A model generated the notes under the pieces. It was not told where the DNA came from, searched no databases, and was given only the letters and a program-made list of their open reading frames with translations. A program made the translations under genes and the position numbers. 48,598 bases of DNA from assembly GCA_038063775.1 (NCBI GenBank), contig JBBTUK010000008.1, positions 1-48,598 on the forward strand, in the 5' to 3' direction. Source of the stretch: Patescibacteria group bacterium. Its GTDB lineage: Bacteria; Patescibacteriota; Minisyncoccia; Moranbacterales; UBA2206. Within the stretch, counting starts at the first letter, position 1. Every line of letters begins with the position of its first letter. Shown here one piece after another: positions 8,203 through 15,497 of this stretch.

Positions 8203-9333
8203 GAGATAATAAACTATCTGCCCGAAAGAAACTCCGGCGTCCCCACGCGATATTTTTTTACTCGAGTAAACTCCTTTGCGTTCGAGATAGGAAGCAATTA
8301 TTTTATTATTGGCGATTCCGCCGGCAAAGAAACCAGCTTTTAGCTTAGAGCTTTTGGCTTCCAGCTTTAAAACTTTATATAAACCTTGGGCGATATAAAG
8401 CTGAGCGGTGGCGGCGAGGCGACGCTTGTCCCTGTTGATATTTTTAACTAGATATTCAAAAAGAGGAGTGGTCATTATCCCGTAACCCGTAACCCATAAC
8501 CCGTAACCCGTAATTCTTTTGATCTCTGGTTCTAGATCTTTGTAAGGTCTAGTGGAGTTTTTTTCGAGCAAGATCGCGGGGCTATGCTTATATTTCCTAA
8601 CATTACCTGAAAAGCCAAGCAGGACGGAAACCGCGTCCAAAATTCTTCCGGTGCTGGAAGTTTCCTGGCAGTTGAAATTTTGTTGAAGCTGATTATATAA
8701 TAGCTCGAATTGATTACGAGAGTAATATTTTTTAACAAGTCGATACAATTTATCTTTGGACATAAATTTGTCGAGGATGCTGATTAGCATGCGAGCCGGC
8801 TCGTTTACGGCCAAATCACCACCTATCAAAATTTGATTTTCCAAATGTCCGATTCTTTCAATACTTTTTACTTTTTCCTTCTTACTTTTTATTTTGAATA
8901 ATTCTCCACCCCAGATTTTTCTATCCAATCCGTAGCCGGTGCCGTCGCAGGCGATCCCGTAACCCGTAACCTGTAACCCGTAACCCGGTTCTTGGACAAT
9001 CTTATCTCCGATGGCAGAAAATACATGCGCTATATGATGTTGCACCTTTATATGGTTGGCTTTGTATTTTTTGCTCAAACTCTCTCCCAAAATAGTCGTC
9101 CTATAAAGAGGATGAAGATCGGTTAAAATTATGTTCGGCTTGGCTCGATTATTTTTCAAAAATTTTGCCACTGTCTGAATGAGTTTTTGAAAATTTTCTT
9201 CGCTTAATAAATCACCGAAAGATTCCGACCTATAAATCACTCCTTTGTAAAAAACTGAAAAATTACCGTCGGATTCCGGTCCCAAAGCCAGCAGGCAGTT
9301 ATGGGTATTTGCGGAGAAATTTATTGATTCCAT
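8182..9333 (-). CDS. hypF: HypF-like protein consisting only of the C-terminal Kae1-like domain
   Basis: Aligns by eye to E. coli HypF residues ~380-750: LALGPESDGNF, TDLHPLY, VQHHIAHV, ACDGTGYG...IWGGE, GGDLA, SSTGRILDAV, FAGGIANN, RGDAGVSFGQ. No acylphosphatase, Zn-finger or YrdC-like part. The 3' end overlaps hypE by 21 bp. Confidence 0.8.
   Translation of the reverse strand: MESINFSANTHNCLLALGPESDGNFSVFYKGVIYRSESFGDLLSEENFQKLIQTVAKFLKNNRAKPNIILTDLHPLYRTTILGESLSKKYKANHIKVQHHIAHVFSAIGDKIVQEPGYGLQVTGYGIACDGTGYGLDRKIWGGELFKIKSKKEKVKSIERIGHLENQILIGGDLAVNEPARMLISILDKFMSKDKLYRLVKKYYSRNQFELLYNQLQQNFNCQETSSTGRILDAVSVLLGFSGNVRKYKHSPAILLEKNSTRPYKDLEPEIKRITGYGLWVTGYGIMTTPLFEYLVKNINRDKRRLAATAQLYIAQGLYKVLKLEAKSSKLKAGFFAGGIANNKIIASYLERKGVYSSKKISRGDAGVSFGQIVYYLLADSGD
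8479..8513 (-). repeat. Heptanucleotide tandem array (GGGTTAC)n, five units, in frame inside the hypF-like gene
   Basis: Plus strand reads cccgtaa cccgtaa cccataa cccgtaa cccgtaa. It encodes ITGYGLWVTGYGI. Confidence 0.95.
8956..8986 (-). repeat. Second heptanucleotide array (GGGTTAC)n, about 4.5 units, in frame inside the hypF-like gene
   Basis: Plus strand reads cccgtaa cccgtaa cctgtaa cccgtaa cccg. It encodes PGYGLQVTGYGI. The 34-nt block matches 8477-8510 at 32/34 positions. Confidence 0.95.
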
Positions 9334-9373
9334 CAGATTTATTATAGCATTTACACGTCAAATATGTTAAAAT

Positions 9374-10156
9374 ATGCCTATGAAAGCCAAGAGGGATTTT
9401 ACCATAAAAACAAAGCCTCGGATTGCGATAGTTAGCCTGACATCCTGCGAGGGATGCCAATTTGCTTTGCTTGATTTGGGAAAACTTTTTTTTGATCTTA
9501 TTAATCAGGTGGAAATGGTAGATTTTCGTTTGCTGGAAGACGAGGATGATACGGGAGTCAAGCTCGATCTGGTTTTGGTTGAGGGAAACCCCATAACGGA
9601 AGAAAATGTCAGGTTTCTTAAAAGATTAAGAAAAAGGAGTAAAATTTTGGCGGCTCTGGGAAACTGTGCGGCCATGGGGGGAATTCCGGAAATAAAAAAT
9701 TACCAAAAAGGCGTTAATACCATTAAGCATGTTTATAAATACGTACAGGGCATAACCAATCCGAAAATAAGAGAAATTGATAATTTCGTGAAAGTTGACT
9801 TTGTTTTTCCGGGTTGTCCGATAACGGGTGAAGAATTTTTAAAATATTTTCCGGAACTTTTAGCTGGCCGTATTCCCCAAATTCCTGACCGACCAGTTTG
9901 TGTTGAGTGCCGAAAAAAGGGAAATCGCTGTTTGCTTCTAGATAAAAAACCATGTTTTGGTCCGATGATTTTGGGCGGCTGCGACGCGGTTTGTCCGACG
10001 GCCCGGATGATGTGCCAGGGCTGCCGAGGACTGCGACCGGCCGGAAACGTGAAAGCCATGCGCCAAACTCTCAAAACTATGATGACGGACGAGCAATTCG
10101 AAAATACGGCGGAAATTTATGGCCTCCGCGATGATATTGAAGCGCGGGGAAATTAG
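9374..10156 (+). CDS. Cytoplasmic (group 3-type) [NiFe]-hydrogenase small subunit
   Basis: No Tat signal. IAIVSLTSCEGCQ, LVEGN, GNCAAMGGIP and GCP motifs, plus a C-terminal CxxC/CxxxC ferredoxin-like cluster region. Confidence 0.85.
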   Translation: MPMKAKRDFTIKTKPRIAIVSLTSCEGCQFALLDLGKLFFDLINQVEMVDFRLLEDEDDTGVKLDLVLVEGNPITEENVRFLKRLRKRSKILAALGNCAAMGGIPEIKNYQKGVNTIKHVYKYVQGITNPKIREIDNFVKVDFVFPGCPITGEEFLKYFPELLAGRIPQIPDRPVCVECRKKGNRCLLLDKKPCFGPMILGGCDAVCPTARMMCQGCRGLRPAGNVKAMRQTLKTMMTDEQFENTAEIYGLRDDIEARGN

Positions 10157-10169
10157 TCAAGCCAAAAAA

Positions 10170-11102
10170 ATGGCCTTTTTAAAAAAATCATTATCGCTTA
10201 TTTTTGTCGTGATTGCAGTGGCCGCCGCCGGATTTGTGGTTTTTAAAAAGGGCCAGCCGGAATTGAGAAATTATATTCCAATTACCAAGCCCTGTTCATC
10301 GCCGCTTGCCTATGCCATTGGTAATGTTGATTCTCGATTTAACATAAGCAAGGACGGCGCGGCTGTGCTGGCTCAAAAGGCGGAGAATGTTTGGGAATCA
10401 CAGACGGGACTAGATTTGTTCCAATATGATCCGAACGCGCAACTGAAAATAAATTTTATATTTGACGCGCGGCAGCAGCAAGCGATTGAGGCCGTGGAAC
10501 TGGAACAAAAACTCGGAAAATTGAAAATTTCGGACAACAGCCTAAAAGTGCAATACAACAATCTGTATGCCGAGTATTCCAAAGAAATTGACAATTACAA
10601 CTCGTTGGCAAAAAAATACGAGAAGGAAATAAGTTCATATAACAAAGAAGTGAATCGCTGGAATAAAGTTGGGGGTGCGCCGCCGGATGAATATGAAAAG
10701 CTCAACAAAGAACAGGACGCTCTGGAAGCGATGCGAAAAAAACTGGAAAAAGAAAGAAAGAGCATCAACGATTTGATTAATCAGATGAATTCTCTGGCCA
10801 GCCGCGAAAAGCAGGTGATCAGCAGTTACAACGAATCATTGAACACTTTCCGGAACAAATACGGCGGAACGCGGGAATTTGAAAAAGGTATTTTCAATGG
10901 CCAAGAAGTTAACATTTACCAGTTTAATGAAGATTCAGATTTGGAATTAACAATCACTCACGAATTGGGCCATGCGCTCGGCATAGGGCATGTGGAAAAT
11001 ACCCAGTCAATCATGTATTATTTAATGGGAGAGCAGGACTTGGATCAGCCGACTCTTACAAGCGAGGATTTATCAGCGTTTAAAAGTGTTTGTCAATTAT
11101 GA
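10170..11102 (+). CDS. Membrane-anchored matrixin-like zinc metalloprotease with a long coiled-coil insert
   Basis: N-terminal TM helix (LSLIFVVIAVAAAGFVVF). HELGHALGIGH followed by SIMYY (Met-turn). About 150 aa of heptad-like K/E/N-rich sequence sits between the N-terminal and catalytic parts. Start taken at ATG 10170. Confidence 0.75.
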   Translation: MAFLKKSLSLIFVVIAVAAAGFVVFKKGQPELRNYIPITKPCSSPLAYAIGNVDSRFNISKDGAAVLAQKAENVWESQTGLDLFQYDPNAQLKINFIFDARQQQAIEAVELEQKLGKLKISDNSLKVQYNNLYAEYSKEIDNYNSLAKKYEKEISSYNKEVNRWNKVGGAPPDEYEKLNKEQDALEAMRKKLEKERKSINDLINQMNSLASREKQVISSYNESLNTFRNKYGGTREFEKGIFNGQEVNIYQFNEDSDLELTITHELGHALGIGHVENTQSIMYYLMGEQDLDQPTLTSEDLSAFKSVCQL

Positions 11103-11103
11103 A

Positions 11104-11206
11104 CCCCGTTAGAATTTTCAATTTATATATTGCGGGGCACTAAAAGTAATTAGTTTAATAATTTTCGCTGTTGACTTATAGCAATAGGTGTAAAATTATA
11201 ACGGGG
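11104..11206. mobile_element. MITE-like element (CCCCGTTAGAATTTT terminal inverted repeats) with TGAA duplication
   Basis: CCCCGTTAGAATTTTC (11104-11119) against the reverse complement of 11191-11206, CCCCGTTATAATTTTA: 14/16 (15/15 minus one mismatch over the first 15). TGAA at 11100-11103 and 11207-11210. Confidence 0.7.
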
Positions 11207-12465
11207 TGAACATAAAAATCAACCACATCGCGAAAATGGAAGGTCACGCGGGATTCATGGCCAGCGTTCTTCAGGGCGACGTGAAGTCGGCCAAGCTGGA
11301 AATCCAGGAAGGAATCCGTCTGATTGAAGGCGTGCTGATTGGCCGGGAATATAAAGATATGCCGATCGTGGCGCAACGGATTTGTGGAATTTGTCCGGTA
11401 GTACACAATTTAACCTCCATCAAAGCTTTGGAAAACGCTTTTGGGGTTGAGGTATCAAAAGAAACGAAAAAACTCAGGGAAGTTATGGAACTGGCGCAAA
11501 TTATCCATTCCCACGGATTGCATCTTTTCTTTTTATCGCTGGCCGATTTTTTGGATATGGAAAACGATTTGAATTTAATGCAAAAATATCCGGACGAGAC
11601 CAGAAAAGCCATTAGAATCCGGGAATATGGAATGGATATAGTTCGGGTTATCGGAGGCCGAGTAGTTCATCCACTGACCAATGAAGTGGGGGGATTCAAG
11701 AAAATTCCGGATAAAGAAGCGCTGAAAAAGATAGTTTCAGATTCCAAGGAAATATTGGGGCTAGCCATTGAATTGGGCGAGCTTTTTAAAAAAATAAAAA
11801 CTCCTGAATTTTACCGAAAAACCGAATATGTTTGTCTTGGAAAAAAAGGAGAATATGCCATTTATGATGGCGATATCGTTTCTTCCGAGGGCTTGCACAT
11901 ACCAGTGGCCAAGTTTGAAGCTAATTTTAACGAACTGCAAAAGCAGAAAGAAGTGATCAAAAAAGTCGAGCATGATGGAGAAAGTTATATGGTCGGCGCC
12001 ATTGCCAGAATCAATGTAAATCGGGAAAAACTTTCCTTGCAAGCAGAAAAATATTTGGAAAGTTTGAAGTGGAAATTTCCAGACTTCAATCCTTTCCATA
12101 ATATCTTGGCGCAAGTAACGGAAGTTATTCACGCCATTGAAAAATCAGCCGAACTTTTGCAGGAACTTATCAATTCTGATTTAAGGCAAGTTTTGACCAA
12201 GGAATATCAAATTAAAGAAGGTAGCGGAACGGCGGCCGTGGAAGCTCCGCGAGGGACTTTGTATTATCATGTGGAAGTGGATGGCAAAGGTTATATAAAG
12301 AATGTGAATATTATCACTCCCACCGCCCAATTCCTGGCGAATTTGGAAGATGATATAGCCAAATATATTCCGGAAATTCTGGATTTAGACGATAAAGAAA
12401 AAGAAAAAAAATTGCGAGCCTTTATCCGGGCTTATGATCCGTGCATCAGTTGCGCGGTGCATTAA
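11206..12465 (+). CDS. Cytoplasmic (group 3-type) [NiFe]-hydrogenase large subunit
   Basis: N-terminal RICGICPVVH and C-terminal DPCISCAVH Ni-binding motifs. The IAKMEGH N-terminus needs the GTG 11206 start, and an in-frame TAA lies at 11191. Confidence 0.9.
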   Translation: MNIKINHIAKMEGHAGFMASVLQGDVKSAKLEIQEGIRLIEGVLIGREYKDMPIVAQRICGICPVVHNLTSIKALENAFGVEVSKETKKLREVMELAQIIHSHGLHLFFLSLADFLDMENDLNLMQKYPDETRKAIRIREYGMDIVRVIGGRVVHPLTNEVGGFKKIPDKEALKKIVSDSKEILGLAIELGELFKKIKTPEFYRKTEYVCLGKKGEYAIYDGDIVSSEGLHIPVAKFEANFNELQKQKEVIKKVEHDGESYMVGAIARINVNREKLSLQAEKYLESLKWKFPDFNPFHNILAQVTEVIHAIEKSAELLQELINSDLRQVLTKEYQIKEGSGTAAVEAPRGTLYYHVEVDGKGYIKNVNIITPTAQFLANLEDDIAKYIPEILDLDDKEKEKKLRAFIRAYDPCISCAVH

Positions 12466-12541
12466 CTCATTTAACATACAACATAAAACATGTAACGCGA
12501 AATTTTTTGTTTCATGTTATACGCTTCATGTTTCATAGCTT

Positions 12542-12817
12542 ATGCATGATTTCTTATTAGCCAAAGAAATAATAAGAAAGCTGGAAAAGATAATCCAAAA
12601 AAAAGGCTTAAATAAGCCAAAAATTGTTAGTTTAGAAATTGGAAGCATCATTCTTTCTCACGATGGTATGCCGGAGCATGCGGAAGATATCAGTTTGGAA
12701 AATCTTGAATTTGGGCTTGAATCCATTGCCAAAAATACATCTCTTGAGGGAGCTAAGTTTAATATAAAAAAAGTAACGGGCGAAAATTGGAAAATTATCG
12801 ATATTGAGGTAAACTAG
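12542..12817 (+). CDS. hypA: HypA-like nickel metallochaperone lacking the zinc-finger domain
   Basis: Starts with MHD (compare the MHE Ni-binding N-terminus of HypA). Collinear with the E. coli HypA N-domain and final strand. It has no Cys at all (no CxxC...CxxC). 91 aa. Confidence 0.6.
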   Translation: MHDFLLAKEIIRKLEKIIQKKGLNKPKIVSLEIGSIILSHDGMPEHAEDISLENLEFGLESIAKNTSLEGAKFNIKKVTGENWKIIDIEVN

Positions 12818-12853
12818 AGATAACCTAAACTAAAAAATATAATCTAAAGTATT

Positions 12854-13855
12854 ATGACAAAAATTGCAATTAACGGCTTTGGCCGGATCGGACGGCCATC
12901 CTTTAAGATCGCTTTCGAAAAAGAAGAACTGGAAATAGTGGCTATCAATGATCTGACTGACATAAACACTGCCGCCCATCTTTTGCAATACGATTCTTCC
13001 TATGGACGCTACGGCAAGGAAGTCACAATCGACTCGGAAAAATCCGAGCTGATTGTCGATGGAACAAGGATAAAATACTTGAGTGAACCTGATCCGCTGA
13101 AATTGCCCTGGGGAGAACTGGGCGTGGATATCGTTTTGGAATGCACGGGAGTTTTTGAAGACAAAGAGTCGGCCGGAAAACATCTCGAGGCCGGAGCTAA
13201 GAGGGTTATTTTGTCAGCGCCTCCCAAAGGCGATATACCAGTTTATCTTCTGGGTATCAACGAACATGAATATGACCCAGCGCGTGATCAGATAATTTCC
13301 AACGGATCATGCACGACCAATTGCTTGGCGCCAATGGTGAAAGTTTTGGATGATAATTTTAACGTGGAAAGGGGATTTATGACCACTACTCATTCCTATA
13401 CCAGCGATCAGCGTCTTCAGGATCTTCCCCATCGGGATCTGCGTCGGGCCCGGGCCGCGGCGCTGAACATAATTCCAACCACCACCGGAGCGGCTAAAAC
13501 CATCGGGAAAGTTCTGAAAAATCTGGATGGGAAACTGGATGGGATATCGCTGCGCGTTCCGACCCCGGTCGTTTCAATCGTGGATTTTATTTGTACGGTC
13601 AAGAAATCTCCAAGCATAGAAGAAATCAATGATGCTTTCAGGGACGCGGCTCAAAATGGCCTTCGGAAGATCATGAATGTGGAAGAAGCGCCGCTGGTAT
13701 CGATGGATTTCAAGGGCGATGCCCATTCCGCTATCATTGACCTACCGCTTACCATGGCCAATGGAAATCTGGTCAAGGTTGTCGGCTGGTATGACAATGA
13801 ATGGGGATATTCCAACCGGCTGGTGGAAATGGCGGAATATATCAGCAAAAAATAA
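12854..13855 (+). CDS. gap: Glyceraldehyde-3-phosphate dehydrogenase
   Basis: INGFGRIGR and SCTTNCLAP active site, WYDNEWGYS. Confidence 0.95.
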   Translation: MTKIAINGFGRIGRPSFKIAFEKEELEIVAINDLTDINTAAHLLQYDSSYGRYGKEVTIDSEKSELIVDGTRIKYLSEPDPLKLPWGELGVDIVLECTGVFEDKESAGKHLEAGAKRVILSAPPKGDIPVYLLGINEHEYDPARDQIISNGSCTTNCLAPMVKVLDDNFNVERGFMTTTHSYTSDQRLQDLPHRDLRRARAAALNIIPTTTGAAKTIGKVLKNLDGKLDGISLRVPTPVVSIVDFICTVKKSPSIEEINDAFRDAAQNGLRKIMNVEEAPLVSMDFKGDAHSAIIDLPLTMANGNLVKVVGWYDNEWGYSNRLVEMAEYISKK

Positions 13856-13862
13856 ATAAAAA

Positions 13863-15434
13863 ATGTTCAAAATAATAATAAAAAACGGAACAATCATTGA
13901 TGGCAGCGGACAGCCGATGTATAAAGCGGACATTGGCATCAAGGAAGACCGGATTGCGGCTATCGGAGAGCTCCATAATGAAAAGTGTGAAATCGAAATT
14001 GACGCAGCCGAACTCCTGGTTTGTCCCGGAATAATTGATGTCAACAATCATAGCGATACATATTGGCAGATATTTGCTAATCCGAATTTGGAAAGTCTTG
14101 TTTATCAAGGAGTTACCACGATTATCGGAGGAAATTGCGGATCATCGCTCGCGCCGCTGGCTGATGCCGAAGCCATTGAATCTATCCAAAAATGGGTCAA
14201 TATAAAACGGGTCAATTTAAATTGGTTGAGCGTTGAAGAGCTTTTTGAAACTATTGAGCAAATAGGCCTGTCAGTGAATTTTGTGACGCTTATCGGTCAC
14301 GGAACTCTGCGCCGCGGAATCATAAAAAACGAAATGCGGAATTTGACGCCCAAAGAACTCGGCTATGTGGAAAAAATGTTAGACAGTTCCTTGCGGGATG
14401 GAGGTATCGGAATGTCAACCGGACTTATTTATACACATGCGCGCTTGGCCTCCACTGAAGAATTGATAGCGTTGGCCAAAATAGTTAGAAAATTTAACGG
14501 CATTTATACAACTCATATCAGAAATGAGCGGGAAAAATTCCTGGAGGCGGTTGAAGAGGCGCTGAAAATTGCGGAAGAATCCGGTGTCAAACTTCACATA
14601 TCACATCTCAAAGTAATGGAAAAGGAGAATTGGAGTTTGTTTGAAGCCGCGCTAACGGCAATTGAAAAAGCATATGAGCGGGGTGTAGATGTAACTTTTG
14701 ATGTTTTTCCTTATACTAACACCGGAACCGTTTTGTATACTCTTCTGCCTGAATGGGTATCGGCCGGGGGCAAAAAAATGCTAATTAATCGGCTAAAAGA
14801 TTCTTCCATCAGGGCTAAAGTTATTTCCGAGATGAAAGAATCCGGTTTTGATTATTCCAAAATTGAAATTGCTATATCGTCTCTCAATAGGATATTGAGC
14901 AAGAGAAGGATTTTGGATATAGCCAAATCACAGGAAAAATCAGTGGAAGATGCGATAGTAGACGTGTTGATAGCTTCCGAAGGCAGGGTCATCACTTCCA
15001 TTGAAAGCTTGAGCGAGGAAAATATTGAAAAAGCGGTGGCTCATCCATTATCCATAATTTCCACTAATGGAGCGGGTTACAGTATCGAACATTCAAAAAC
15101 CGGAGAAGTTGTCCATCCCAGAAGCTTCGGAACTTTTCCGAGAATCATATCCCAGTATGTTCTCGGAAAAAGAATTATCAGCTGGGAAGCGGCTATTCGG
15201 AAAATGACGGGTATTCCAGCCCAAAAATTCGGCATCAAAAAAAGAGGAGAAATAAAAGAAAAAAACTTTGCCGATATTATGATCATTAACCGGGATAAAT
15301 TAGCGGATTTAGCCACGGCGGAAAATCCATATCAATACAGCAAGGGAGTTGAATTTGTCTTAGTTAACGGTGAAATTATCTTAAGCGAAGGCGTTTATGG
15401 AGGAGGAAAGGGCGGAAGAATATTAATCCGATGA
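13863..15434 (+). CDS. D-aminoacylase (N-acyl-D-amino-acid deacylase) family amidohydrolase
   Basis: PGIIDVNNHSD, GGNCG, HIRNE and HISHLK motifs in D-aminoacylase order. Confidence 0.7.
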   Translation: MFKIIIKNGTIIDGSGQPMYKADIGIKEDRIAAIGELHNEKCEIEIDAAELLVCPGIIDVNNHSDTYWQIFANPNLESLVYQGVTTIIGGNCGSSLAPLADAEAIESIQKWVNIKRVNLNWLSVEELFETIEQIGLSVNFVTLIGHGTLRRGIIKNEMRNLTPKELGYVEKMLDSSLRDGGIGMSTGLIYTHARLASTEELIALAKIVRKFNGIYTTHIRNEREKFLEAVEEALKIAEESGVKLHISHLKVMEKENWSLFEAALTAIEKAYERGVDVTFDVFPYTNTGTVLYTLLPEWVSAGGKKMLINRLKDSSIRAKVISEMKESGFDYSKIEIAISSLNRILSKRRILDIAKSQEKSVEDAIVDVLIASEGRVITSIESLSEENIEKAVAHPLSIISTNGAGYSIEHSKTGEVVHPRSFGTFPRIISQYVLGKRIISWEAAIRKMTGIPAQKFGIKKRGEIKEKNFADIMIINRDKLADLATAENPYQYSKGVEFVLVNGEIILSEGVYGGGKGGRILIR

Positions 15435-15435
15435 A

Positions 15436-15497
15436 CCCCGTTAGATATGCGGGGAAATGCTGCGGGTAATAATGTAATGATAAATTATCTAACGGAG
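15436..15497. mobile_element. MITE-like element (CCCCGTTAGATA terminal inverted repeats) with TGAA duplication
   Basis: CCCCGTTAGATA (15436-15447) against the reverse complement of 15486-15497, CTCCGTTAGATA: 11/12. TGAA at 15432-15435 and 15498-15501. Confidence 0.7.

Noticed and set aside
8479-8986. Whether the two heptad arrays could be a CRISPR array or a minisatellite outside genes
   Set aside because: The units are 7 nt, tandem and without spacers, and both arrays are in frame inside a well-aligned HypF-like ORF. This is not CRISPR. They are reported as intragenic repeats instead.
11099-11143. The mini-ORF MNPVRIFNLYIAGH as a diverged ghost of the large-subunit N-terminus (both are 14 residues ending in GH)
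   Set aside because: Only M/V-N and G-H coincide. The N comes from the target duplication and GH from the hairpin arm GCGGGGCAC. The MITE/TSD explanation accounts for it fully.
12466-12541. AT-rich spacer before hypA with repeated CATGTT/AACATG words, considered as a possible hairpin, terminator or ghost start
   Set aside because: Only short imperfect complementarity is present, with no T-run, no in-frame ghost of the HypA N-terminus and no similarity to the other repeat families.
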